64,000 bases of DNA from an uncultured Acidobacteriota bacterium (GCA_963742265.1 CAVULC010000002.1:243016-307015); one strand, 5' to 3'; positions 8,696 to 19,737 are shown, counted from the stretch's first letter. The notes: generated by a model from the letters alone, not told the origin. Program-made: numbers and translations.

Positions 8696-11340
8696 ATGTC
8701 CCCCGTCTTCTCCGAGCCTGCTGGCGCGACGCCCGCGATGCGGCAGTACCTTCGAAGCCAAGCGCCAGCACCGCGACGCAATCGTCTTCTTCCGGATGGG
8801 GGACTTTTACGAGATGTTCTACGAGGATGCGCTGACCGCCGCGCGCGCCCTCGAACTGACGCTCACGTCGAGCTCGAAGGATGCAAGCGGCGGCGCCATC
8901 CCGATGTGCGGCCTGCCGCTTTCACGCGGCCGACGGCTACATCGCCAAGCTGGTCAAGAAGGGATTCCGGGTCGCGATCTGCGAACAGGTGGAGGATCCG
9001 AAGAAGACCAAGGGGCTCGTCCGCCGCGAGGTCGTTCGCGTGGTGTCGCCTGGAACACTGACCGATGCCGGATACCTCGAGGCACGCGAGCCGGCGTTTC
9101 TGATGGCGATCGCGCCCGCGCCCGGCGCCAGGGTTCGGGGTCGCGCTGATCGATCTCTCGACCGGCGAGTTCACCACCGCTGAGTTCACCGGCGCCGACG
9201 CGCGCCAGGCGTTGTCGGACGAGCTGTCGGTGCTCCGGCCGAGGGAAATCGTCGCCCCCCCGGCGCTCACCGCCGTGCGGGAGCTCTCCGACGAGCTGCA
9301 CCTGGGCGCTCTCGTCACGTCCGCCGACGACTGGACGTTCGAGTTCGAGTCGGCGCGGCGGTCACTGCTCGACCAGTTGAAAACACACAGCCTCCACGCC
9401 TTCGGTCTCGACGATCACCCGTCGGCGATCTGCGCCGCGGGCGCGCTCGTGCAATACCTGCGGGAGACACAGAAGGCGGATCTCGCGCACCTGCGCGAGG
9501 TCTCGTTCCGCGCCGGCTCCGACTGCCTGGTGGTCGATCCGACCACGCTGCGCAATCTCGAGGTGATCGGAGGCCACGACCGGCGGACGGACCGGATCGC
9601 TGCTCGACGAGATCGACCGGACGGTGACGTCGATGGGTGGGCGGCTCATTCGCGGCTGGTTGCTGCGTCCGCTGCTCTCGCTCGAGCGGATCCAGGATCG
9701 GCTCGACGCGGTCGAGGAGTTCGCGTTCCGGTCCACCGAGCGCGCCAAGGTCCGCGAGACGCTGAAGACGATCCACGACATGGAACGGCTGGTCGCGCGC
9801 GCGGCACTCGGCACCGCCGGGCCGCGCGATCTGGTCTCGCTGCGGCAATCGATCGCCATCGATTCCGCGCGTCCGTTTGCTGCTGGAGGACCTGCAGGCG
9901 CCACTGGTTCGCAGTCTGCTCGCCGAGATCGACGATCTCGCGGACATCCGGGATGAACTCGACCGCACACTGATCGATGAACCGCCGGCACTGGCGCGCG
10001 ATGGCGGCATGATCCGCGACGGCGTCGACCCCGAGCTGGACGAGCTGCGAACGATCAGCCGTTCCGGCAAGCAGCGCATCGCCGAGATGGAGGAAGCGGA
10101 GCGCGCGCGCACCGGCATCTCCAATCTCAAGATCCGCTACAACCGCGTGTTCGGTTACTACATCGAGATCTCGAAATCGAACCTCGCTGGCGTGCCGGCC
10201 GACTATCACCGCAAGCAGACCATCGCCGGTGGCGAGCGCTTCATCACTCCGGCGTTGAAGGAGTACGAAGAGAAGGTCCTCGGCGCCGACGAACGGATCA
10301 TCGAGCGTGAGGTCGGGATGTTCGAGGCGCTTGCGCGCGCGGATCGCCGCCGATGCGCCGCGCGTGCAGGACACGGCGCGCGGCATCGCCGCACTCGACG
10401 TGCTGTCGGCGCTGGCCGAAACCGCCGCCGTCTGCAATTACACCAAACCGCTGATGCACGCGGGCGAGGAGCTGGTCGCGGCGGACGTGCGGCATCCGGT
10501 GGTCGAGCGCTTCGCGCCGGACGCATTCGTGCCGAATGACGTCACGCTGGATGCCGTGTCACACCAGTTGATCATCCTGACCGGTCCGAACATGGGTGGT
10601 AAGTCGACTTACCTGCGGCAGACCGCCCTCCTGTGCCTGCTGGCGCAGACGGGATCGTTCGTCCCGGCGCGGACGGCCAAGCTGCCGGTGGTTGACCGGC
10701 TGTTCGCCCGCGTCGGCGCCAACGACAACATCGCGCGCGGGCAGTCGACCTTCATGGTCGAGATGCAGGAGACGGCGAACATTCTCCACTGCGCCACCTC
10801 GCGCAGCCTCGTCATCCTCGACGAGATCGGCCGCGGCACCGCGACTTTCGATGGTCTCAGCCTCGCGTGGGCGGTGGCCGAATACCTGGCATCGAACCCG
10901 AAGGCGCGTCCCAAGACCATCTTCGCCACGCACTATCACGAGCTCACCGATCTCGCCGACGGGCTGCCGGGCGTCGCCAACTTCCACGTCGTCGTCCGCG
11001 AGTGGAAGGACGACATCGTGTTCCTGCGCAAGGTGGTGCCGGGGCGCTCCGACCGGAGCTACGGCATTCAAGTCGCGCGGCTGGCCGGTCTGCCCGGCAG
11101 CGTCGTCACCCGCGCGCGCGAGATCCTCAACGGACTCGAACGCGACGAACTGTCCCGGGGCGGCCGTCCATCGCTCAACGGTGAAGGTGCCGCGGCACAG
11201 CAGCAGCTCGGCCTGTTCCAGGCGGCTTCGCCGGCGATGATCCGGTGCATCGGCGCCTGCGGGAGATCGACGTCAACCAGCTCACGCCGCTCGCCGCTCT
11301 GACGCTGCTCGCGGATCTCAAACGGGACGCGGAACAGTGA
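8696..11340 (+). CDS. mutS: DNA mismatch repair protein MutS (7 frame changes in this sequence)
   Basis: Reconstructed from ORF-track fragments 8489.., 8796.., 8881.., 9212.., 9624.., 9877.. and 10307.. plus a short tail. Motifs: [59 protein letters not shown], Walker [62 protein letters not shown]. The tail [35 protein letters not shown] ends at 11340. Confidence 0.9.
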
Positions 11341-11353
11341 GGCTCCCTTCCTG

Positions 11354-14164
11354 ATGCGCTGCCGGTCGCGCTGGATACGGCTGCTGGTCATCCTGCAACT
11401 GATCTCGACGATCCCGGCGTTCGCGGCCAATCGCTACGATCCGCGCTTCAGGTTCCGAACCCTTTCCACTGCGCGGTTCGACATCCATTTCCACCAGGGG
11501 GAGGAGCCACTCGCCCGGCGGCTCGCCGGCATTGCCGAGCGGGTCGCGACCGAGCTCGAGCGGTCGCTTGGCAGGCCGCAGCAGCGAGTGACGATCATCC
11601 TCGTCGACCAGTCGGATGTGTCCAACGGCTGGGCGACGCCGACGCCGTACAACCTGATCGAGATCACTGCCGTCCCGCCCCACTCGAACAGTGACATCGG
11701 GAACACGAGCGACTGGCTGCGCCTGGTGTTCACGCATGAGTACACGCACGTGCTGCATCTCGAACGGGCGGGCGGCTGGATCGGCGGAGCGAGGCACATG
11801 TTTGGGCGGGCGCCGTGGCTGCAGCCCAACCTGTTCCTGCCCGTGTCCCAGATCGAAGGACTCGCTGTTTATCAGGAGAGCCGGTCTACGGGTGAAGGGC
11901 GTGTTCCTGCCGGCGATTTCCGAATGATCGTCGGGCGCGCCGCCGCCTCGGGCCGCTTCGAACCGCTCGACCGCGCGACCACCTACCCAGTGGACTGGCC
12001 GAGCGGCGAGCTGCCTTATGCTTACGGTGCCTACTTCAACCAGTACCTCTCTGACACCTACGGCGAACAGTCATTGACGGCACTGGCCAATGCCACTGCC
12101 TCACGGCTGCCCTTCCTGGGATCCGGCGCTTACAAAAAGGTTTACAAGAAGTCCCTCGGTGAACTCTGGAATGAGTTCAAAACCGCTGCGGCCACGCCAT
12201 CGGCGCCGGCCGCATCGGACGCGAAGCGGCTCACCCATCACGGGTACTACGTGACGGGTCCGCGGTTCACGAAAGACGGACGGTTGTTCTACGCGCTCTC
12301 CGATGCGCATGACTTTCCCTCGTTGATGGAGCTGACGGCCGCCGGCCCGCGTCGGGTGACGACTCGCGTGCTCGGTTCGCGTACTGCGGCCGCCGGAGAT
12401 GACTTGATCTTCGACCAGGTGGAAGTGGCGCGCAGCATCGCCGTCAGTTTCGGATCTGTACGCAGTGCCGCGCGATGGTGGTACGCGACGGCGCACTCAC
12501 CGACGGCGCGCGGGCCGTCGACCCCGACGTTTCGCCTGACGGTCACACGATTGTCTGTGCCGTGCAGATGACCGGTCGGCGGATCCTGGCGACGCTGCCG
12601 CTGCACTCCGGAACGATCACCGCCCCGATCCCGTTTATCGATGAGCCCGCAACCGAGTTCTCCTTGCCGCAGTGGTCCCCCGACGGCCGCCAGGTCGTAA
12701 CCGAGCGTCGCCGCCTGGGCGGCCCGTCGGAGCTCGTGATCATCGATGCGAGTAGCCGCGAGCAGCATGTGTTGACGACGAGCGCCCATGGACGGAATAC
12801 GTCGCCGGCATGGACGCTGGACGGACGGGCGATCCTGTTCGCGTCCGATCGCGATGGCGGTCGTTTCCGCTGTACAGGATCGCGGCGAACGGCGCCAGCC
12901 TTCAAAGGGCAATCGAATCTCGGGAGCAGCGCGGAATCGCCAACCATCAGTCCGGATGGTTCGCGTCTCGTGTTTGTCGGCTATAGCACTGATGGTTTCG
13001 ATCTGTTCGAGATTGCCGCTTCAGACGTGAAGTGGCAGGCTGTTTCGATCGACAGCGCCAGCCGACGGTGCCTGCGTCGCAACCGGCCGAGCCCGATCTC
13101 AGCCGTCCAGTCATCGGCCTACCGGCCCTGGCGCACGCTCGCGCCACGATTCTGGTTTCCCGTGATCGAGGAAGATGACGACCGGCTGGCGTATGGCGCC
13201 GGAACCGCCGGCATCGACGCACTTGGCCGCCACACCTATTACGCCACCGCCGCATGGTCCTCGAGTGCGCGTCCAGACTGGAACCTCTCGTATGCCTACG
13301 ATCGCTGGCGTCCGACACTCTTCGTCGACTTCTCGGACAGTACCGATGACTGGCGAGCGGGTACCGTCGGCGTGCACGAGATCAACCTCGGGGCGGTGGT
13401 TCCGTTCAGGAAATACCGGCGCTCGCACACGATCTTCGGGTCGTTTCACGGCGCGTCTGAACACTTCGACTGCGCCGCGTGCGCGCGCCCGGTCGATGTC
13501 CGGATCGATCGCCGCGCGCTGCGAGCCGCCTGGCAGTTCAACGCGTCACATGCCTACGGTTACTCGATCAGCCGCGAGCAGGGGCTTACCGCCAGCCTCG
13601 CCTCCGAGTGGACCAGCGAGGCGCTGGGCTCCACCGGCGACGCGAGCTCGATCATTGCCGACGTGCGCGGATATATGCGCGCCTGGCCGCGTCACGGTGT
13701 GCTGGCCGGCCGTGCCGCGGTTGCCACTGCCTCCGGCGACGAGGCGGTGCGGCGCATCTTCTCCGCCGCCGGTTCGGACGCGCAACCCGGCGGCATCGGG
13801 TTTTCATTCGATGCGATCGGGCTGCTGCGCGGGCTCGAGCCGTCTGACATCGCGGGGCAGCATGCGAGCCGTGTTCAACGCGGATTATCGCTTTCCGCTG
13901 CGGTGGATCGAGCGAGGCTTCGGCACCTGGCCGTTCTTCGTGCGATCACTGCACGGTGCGGTCTTCGTCGACCGCGGGGCCGCGTGGGACGGGTCGTTGA
14001 GTTCGAACGACTGGCGCACGACAGCGGGTGGTGAGCTCTCCGCTGATGTCGTGCTCGGCTTCTGGCTGCCGGTGACCGTTGCCTCGGGGGTGGCGTGGCG
14101 GCACGACCCGACGGACGCGGTGAAGGGAGCGGCGGCATTCTTCAGGATCGGCCGCGCCTTCTGA
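11354..14164 (+). CDS. secreted/outer-membrane multidomain protein: HExxH peptidase-like domain + TolB-type (PD40) beta-propeller repeats + C-terminal Omp85/surface-antigen-like beta-barrel (2 frame changes)
   Basis: Signal peptide MRCRSRWIRLLVILQLISTIPAFA. HExxH in LVFTHEYTHVLH. PD40-like repeats DVSPDGHTIV, WSPDGRQVV, PAWTLDGRAILFASDRDG, PTISPDGSRLVF. Barrel-like C-terminus RAVFNADYRFPL..GAVFVDRGAAW..GGELSADVVLGFWLPVTVASGVAW..FFRIGRAF* with a terminal Phe. Fragments 11354.., 12475.. and 13175.. join at about 12470 and 13865. Confidence 0.7.
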
Positions 14165-14186
14165 CACCCGTCGATCGAAACCTTGT

Positions 14187-14195
14187 TGCTAGAAT
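14187..14195 (+). promoter_or_regulatory. candidate extended -10 promoter (TGCTAGAAT) giving a leaderless or near-leaderless speB mRNA
   Basis: TGnTAGAAT ends 6 nt before the speB ATG (14202). There is no Shine-Dalgarno sequence in between and no convincing -35. Confidence 0.35.
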
Positions 14196-14201
14196 CGTTC
14201 G

Positions 14202-15111
14202 ATGAGCTTTCCGTTCGACTACGACCATGGCGCGCCGCTGGCGTTCGGCGGTGCGCTTCCCGAGGCCCGCAACTTCGACGACTCGCGCGTCGTCATTCTC
14301 CCGATCCCCGTCGACCGCACGACGTCGTACGTGCCCGGCACGCGCAACGGCCCGCGCGAGATCCTGCAGGCCTCGTCGCACATGGAGTTGTGGGATGAAG
14401 AGATCGGCACCGACGTCCACGGCGTCGGCATCTTCACGCTGCCGGAGATGGAACTGCCGTTCGGCGAGCTCGCAGCCGCTGATGGACGAGATCCAGCGGG
14501 TGGCGTCCGAGGTGCTCTCGCGCGACAAGTTCCTGGTGTCGATCGGCGGCGAGCACTCGATCACGCCGCCGCTCGTTGCGGCTGCCGCCGCAAGATACCG
14601 CGGCGTGCACGTGCTTCAGATCGACGCGCACGCCGACCTGCGCGACAGCTACATGGGGACGCGTCACAACCATGCGTGCGCGATGCGCCGCAGCCTTGAG
14701 CATGCGCCGGTGACGCAGGTCGGGATCCGCAGCATGTCGACCGATGAGGCCGCAGGCCGCCCCAGCCTGCGGACGAGCATTTTCTACGACTGCTCGATGC
14801 GCGCAGGATCCGACGTGGATCGACCGGGTCGTCGAGTCGCTCGGCGATCCGGTCTACATCACCATCGACGTCGACGGGATGGATCCGGCGATCATGCCGT
14901 CCACCGGCACGCCCGAACCCGGCGGGCTGTCCTGGTACGAGATGCTCGCGCTTCTGCGCGCGACCATCGAGCAGGCGCAATGTGGTCGGCCTGCGACGTG
15001 GTCGAACTGAGCCCGCTGCCCGGGGCTGATGGCCCCGAACTTCCTCTGCGCCAAGCTGATCTACAAGATCCTCACCTACGCTTCGCCCGGAACTTCGATC
15101 ACAGTTCGTAG
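14202..15111 (+). CDS. speB: agmatinase / ureohydrolase family protein (about 3 frame changes)
   Basis: ILPIPVDRTTSYVPGTRNGPREI, SIGGEHSITPPLV, LQIDAHADLRDSY, ITIDVDGMDPAIMPSTGTPEPGGLSWYE and CDVVELSP are arginase-fold Mn-binding motifs. They are spread over ORF fragments 14202.., 14227.. and 14744... Confidence 0.85.
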
Positions 15112-15198
15112 TCCAGCCCTAGGGCTGACTCGTTAGGTAATCCAGCCCTAGGACCTTTCCGCTGGTCCCGTCACAGCCCCAAAAGGGCTGGAATTACG
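15107..15198. repeat. cluster of three REP-like elements (CAGCCC..GGGCTG hairpins with a CGTA(G/A)T flank)
   Basis: CGTAGTCCAGCCCTAGGGCTGACTCG (15107-15132), a truncated copy GTTAGGTAATCCAGCCCTAGGACC, and an inverted copy whose reverse complement reads CGTAATTCCAGCCCTTTTGGGGCTGTG (15172-15198). The cluster starts at the speB stop codon. Confidence 0.7.
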
Positions 15199-15272
15199 CT
15201 GTGCGGCCGGAAGCTGCCTACAGAGGTTGACTACTCGCGCCGGAACTGTATACGGGGTATACTGCGCCCTTT

Positions 15273-18209
15273 ATGGCGCAGGACCCTTACGCGTCGGCTG
15301 TTCGCGCCCTCGAGCAGGGGCACGGCGCAGAGGCCGTCGAGCTTCCTGGTCGCGGGCGCTCAAGCAACCTGATCTGTCACGCGACGACACGGCACAGTTT
15401 CGATGCGCGCTCGCGGAGGCGTGGCTGCTTCAGGACGATCTCGAGAAGGCGCCGTCCGTCCTCGGTGCGCCGATCCGGAAGGCCGCGAGCGGCTCAATCC
15501 GGCTCGGCTCTCCGATCTCTGGCGCATGCACGGCCGGATCGCCGTCGCCGGCGGCGAGGCGTCACGCGGGCATCGCCCTTCCTCACCCGCGCGCTGCAAC
15601 TGGCCGAGCGTGCGCACGACTCCAAGGCCATCGGGCTCGCCCACTACGAACTGGGCATCTGCTATCGGCAGGTCGGCGATACGGCCATCGTCCGCGAGCA
15701 CATCACCAGTGGCGGCCTCGGCGCTGCACGCCGCCGGCGACCGCCGGCACCTGGCCATGGTCCACTCGCTGTCCGGCATCATGCTGGCGCAGGAAGGACG
15801 GCTCGACGAAGCGATGTCGGCTCTCCGCCAGGCCGAGCGTCTGGCGGTGCATGGTCGAAGCGGGCGACGTGCTCGGAACGGTCTGCGGCAACCAGGCGAA
15901 CGTGGCGCTGATGCAGCATCGGCCACGAGCAGGCGCTCTCCCTGGCCGAGCGCAGCGTCGAGCTGCAGGAGCAGGCCGGCACGCCGCACGGCCTGGGCAT
16001 CGCGCTCGCGTCGCTCGGTCAGATCTGCGTGCGCGTCGGCAACCTGACACGCGCCGAGGCAGCACTGAATCGCGCGCTCGACGTCCGCAGCCCGCAGCAG
16101 TTCATGCGCGGAGACGACGGGCGCGGTGTTCGACTCGCTGGCGCAGATCCATCTGATCCGCGGCGCCCATGAGGAAGCGAGCCGCAGCCTCGAGTCGTGC
16201 GCGGCAGGCTTACGGCGAGACACGTTCCAGCGGCTGGTATCAGTGGTCGGTCCGCGTGCTCGATGCGCGTGTCGCCCTGCGCCGCGGCGATGCCGACGCA
16301 CGCGCTGACGCTCTGCACCGAAGTGCTTAGCGCCGCCGATGCGCCCGCGGCTTACGCGCTTCAGGCGGAACTGACAGCGGTCGAGGCGCTGCTCGCGCGT
16401 CGAGCGGATCGCTGAGGCGCAGGCACGGCTCGAGGCGATCGTGACCCGGATCGAGCCCGGCGCGATGAGCGGCACGTGGGGAGAGTTCCTGCGGCTCCGC
16501 GGCCGGCTCCACGCCGCGGCCGGACGCGCGCACTGAGGCGTACCACGATTTCGGCCAGAGCGTGAGCGTCTTCGAGCTGCTCGGCGAGCGTTACCAGGCG
16601 GCGCTCGGGTATCTCGAGCTCGGGCGGCTGGCGGCCGGCGCCGGCGCACGTTCGCGGGCCACTCGCTACCTGACCGATGCGCGGCGGCTCTTCGAAGCGC
16701 TCGGCGCCGCGCGAGATGGCCGACACCGACGCCGTCGCTCGCGGAGTCGGCAACCGCCGCGAGCGGCGGCTTCGTCGGTGTCCAGGTGGATGGGGACGAT
16801 GCGCTGGTGCGGCGGCTGGTAGACGCGTCGGCGATGCCGGCGCTGCTGGAACGCGAAGGCGCAACGCGCTTCTCGAGGCCTGCGACGCGGACCGCCGCGG
16901 CACTGGTCGTGGAACTCCCCGGCGGCCGGATTCGCGTGCTCGCCGGCGGCGGGCTGCGAACCGACGGCGCCGCAACCTGGCCGCCTGCGCCCTGCGCGGC
17001 GGTGATGCGGAGCACCGTGGTTCGTCGCAATCGAACCGATCGGTCGCGATGTCGAAGGCGCACGTCACGCAGTCGTCGCGATCCCGCGGCCGCTGACCTC
17101 GCGGCGGCGCGCCAGCGCTTCCGGACGCTCTGCGCCGTGCTGCGCCAGGGATTCGAGTTGTGCCAGGCACGCGACCGGACGCCGGAACTGGCGACCGGGG
17201 CACTCGAGCGGCAGCTCGAGCCGTTGCTGCCCGGCTTCGTCTGCGCCAGTGCGCGCGATGCATCGTGTCGCCGACCAGATCCAGCGCCTGCAGGGCAACG
17301 ATCTGACGGTGCTGATCACCGGCGAAAGCGGCACCGGCAAGGACCTCGTCGCCCGCGCCATCCACGCCGGCTCGCTGCGTCGCGCCAGCATGTTCCTCCC
17401 CTACAACTGCACCAGCGCCACACGGGAACTGGCCGACAGCCAGTTGTTCGGCCATCGCCGCGGGAGTTTTACCGGCGCCCACGCCGACCAGCCCGGCGTT
17501 CTGCGGACGGCGGTCGGCGGCACGCTGTTCCTCGACGAAGTCGGCGACCTGCCCGCTCGACGTCCAGCCGAAGCTGCTCCGCTTTCTCGAACAGGGGGAG
17601 GTGCTGCCGGTCGGCGAAACGCGTGCCGCAGCGCGTCGACGTTCGCGTCGTGGCGGCGACCAACGCCGACCTCGAGCAGCGCGTCTCCGACGGGAAAGTT
17701 TCGCGAGGACCTGTTCTACCGGCTCAGTGTGTATCCGGATCCACGTGCCGCCGCTCCGGGAACGGCGGGAAGAGATTCCGCACCTGAGCACGTTTTTTCT
17801 GCGCGAGGCGTGCGAGCGGCTGGGCAAACCGGGCGTGCAACTGAGTCCCGGAGACGCTCGATATCTTCGACGCGTTCGGCTGGCCCGGCAATGTCCGGCA
17901 GCTGCGAAACGAGGTCCAGCGGGCGGTCGCCCTGACGTCGCCGGGAGGTGTCGTGACGCCGGACATGCTCTCTCCGGCGCTCGGCGCGTCGACGGCGCTG
18001 GATCCGGCGATCGTGAGCCGTGGTCGATCCGGAAGACCACGCTGGCGGCCGCGGTCGAAAGGCTCGAACGCGAGATGATCCAGAATGCGCTTGGAGCGCT
18101 CGCGCGGCAACATTTCGGCGACGCGCGCGTTCGCTCGGCCTGACGCGGCGCGGGCCTCTATCTCAAAATGGAGCGCCTTCAGATCGGTAGCGATCTGGCC
18201 GCCATTTGA
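15273..18209 (+). CDS. sigma-54-dependent transcriptional activator with a long TPR-like N-terminal region (many frame changes)
   Basis: AAA+ sigma-54 interaction domain: Walker A VLITGESGTGKDLVARAIH, GAFTGA-type loop RRGSFTGA, Walker B GGTLFLDEVGDL, then PLDVQPKLLRFLEQGEV.. and VPPLRERREEIPHL. The Fis-type HTH, reconstructed across 3 frames, reads RGNISATARSLGLTRRGLYLKMERLQIGSDLAAI*. The N-terminal part (MAQDPYASAVRALEQGHGAEAVE.., LHYELGICYRQVGD, GLGIALASLGQICVRVGN) looks TPR-like. Confidence 0.8.
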
Positions 18210-18216
18210 CTACCCA

Positions 18217-18316
18217 GTATCCAGTCAAGATGCTGTCTGGATACCAGGTATGCATGTCGACCGGCGAGAGTGATGGATCAATGTTTGATGTAAGTTATTG
18301 CTGATAAACAACTTAC
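18217..18316. promoter_or_regulatory. AT-rich intergenic island with an inverted repeat and a hairpin, upstream of the PilZ gene
   Basis: GTATCCAG-N12-CTGGATAC (18217-18244). Hairpin GTAAGTT-N13-AACTTAC (18290-18316). Direct repeat ACTGTCAAT / ACTGTCGAT just downstream. The region is visibly AT-richer than its flanks. Confidence 0.4.
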
Positions 18317-18410
18317 TGTCAATAAAGCTGAAATCACTGTCGATGGTCCCTGATTCGGCCCGCACCTTGATACATACCTGGTCGAGTTCCACATCGTCGG
18401 AGGGGAGCCA

Positions 18411-18847
18411 ATGGAACAACGACTTACGGCTGGTTCAGGGAAACGGCGGCGCGTTGAGAAGCGGAGCGCCGAGCGGCGCCGAGTGCAGGTGCCCGGCCAG
18501 ATCGTCTGGAAAGACGGCCGCGGTCAGACCCGCATGGCGGCCGTGGTCACTCGCGACATCAGCGAGCACGGCGTGAGCATCGAGTGCCGGACAGGCCTGA
18601 GTCGTTCCGCTCTATCGCCTGGTCTACTTCCAGGTCGACCGGCATGCCCGCAACCGTCCCGATCGTTCCCGACGTCCTCCGCAAGCAGAGCGTGCTGTCG
18701 GCGGTGTTCCGCGTCGGGCCGTCAAACGACGTGACCGGCACGCCAACCGAATACGCGCTGCGCCTGCTGGTCGAACCGCCGCGCGCGACGCGAGCGGTGC
18801 GGGCGGCTCCGGCACTGCACTCAAACCGCCTGTCTCCGTTCGGCTAA
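18411..18847 (+). CDS. PilZ domain (c-di-GMP-binding) protein (frame changes in the C-terminal half)
   Basis: RxxxR (RSAERRRV) and DxSxxG (DISEHG) PilZ motifs within KRSAERRRVQVPGQIVWKDGRGQTRMAAVVTRDISEHGVSIEC. Fragments 18411.. and 18584... Confidence 0.7.
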
Positions 18848-19600
18848 CCCCTTCCGTCTCGTTTCCTTCCGAGTTCCCGCCTCGCATCCGCCGCATACGG
18901 CGGACTGCGGGAACTCGTCGACGACCCTGGCTAAACGCGCGCGCCGCTTCATCCTTACGGCCCGCGCGCGCGCACGCGCGACCCAGTGCCATCAGCACGC
19001 CGTCGGCGCGGCACGCCGGCCTTCGTGTCCGCAGCTCATCTCGCGGTAAATCGTGATCGCCGTGTCGAACTTGCCCTGCGCGACCTGCGCTTCGGCCACG
19101 CCGAGCTGCGCCGTTCGCCCGTAGATCTTCGAGCCTGCCTTGTCGACGACTTCCTGGAAGCGCTGCTCCGCTTCAGCGTAGCGGCCGAGCGACGCGAGCG
19201 CCGAGGCCGCGTAGTAGCGCGCCGCGATGCCCGCGTCTGCTGCTCGGGTACTGGTCCGCCGCCTCCAGCAGCTTGGGCAGCGCCGCTTCGAGCTTGGCCT
19301 GCTCGCGTCTGGAAGGTGCCCGGCTGCTGGACCGGCATCGGGCTGCCCGGCGCCGGCGCGGCGGGCATTATCACCGGCGCCTCGAAGATCGCGAGACCCT
19401 GCGGCCAGCGCGGCGCTCGCCTTCGTGTTCCTGCGACTGCCGCCACCACGAGTAGCCCGCCGACGAAGCGCGATGATGACCACGGCGGCCACCACGACCC
19501 GTGGCGATGTCGTTCTTGCGGGTGTCATCATATCGCGCGCCTGCGCGACCGACCGGGCGAATTCGTTTTCCTTCAGCTTGTGACGTTCAGTGCTTTTCAT
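18844..19600 (-). CDS. membrane-anchored tetratricopeptide-repeat protein (several frame changes; 3' end approximate)
   Basis: N-terminus MKSTERHKLKENEFARSVAQARD followed by a hydrophobic anchor. TPR-like AARYYAASALASLGRYAEAEQRFQEVVDKAG..GRTAQLGVAEAQVAQGKFDTAITIYREM and ..LMALGRACARAGRKDEAARAFS.. lie in different frames. Confidence 0.6.
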
Positions 19601-19626
19601 GATCGTTTTCTGCTTGTTCCTGGATC

Positions 19627-19703
19627 TGGTGCGCCCGGCAGGTCTCGAACCTGCGACCCCCGGTTTAGGAAACCGATGCTCTATCCTGCTGAGCTACGGG
19701 CGC
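19627..19703 (-). tRNA. tRNA-Arg (anticodon CCT)
   Basis: The minus strand reads GCGCCCG TA GCTC AGCAGGATA GAGC A TCGGT TTCCTAA ACCGG GGGTC GCAGG TTCGAGA CCTGC CGGGCGC A CCA. This is a 77-nt cloverleaf with an encoded CCA. Confidence 0.93.
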
Positions 19704-19737
19704 GTGGGAAAACGGACCATTTTACCGTATGGGCCGC

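Noticed and set aside
18237-18254. Sigma-54 promoter candidate TGGATACCAGGTATGCA downstream of the activator gene.
   Set aside because: The GG-to-GC spacing is one nucleotide longer than in the TGGCAC-N5-TTGC consensus, and the flanking consensus bases are poor. Given the indel errors nearby it cannot be excluded, but it is not supportable as it stands.
19627-19703. tRNA-linked genomic island or prophage at tRNA-Arg, and likewise at tRNA-Pro (39261-39337).
   Set aside because: There is no integrase, recombinase, phage gene or direct repeat of the tRNA 3' end nearby. The flanking genes are ordinary housekeeping genes of the same GC character.
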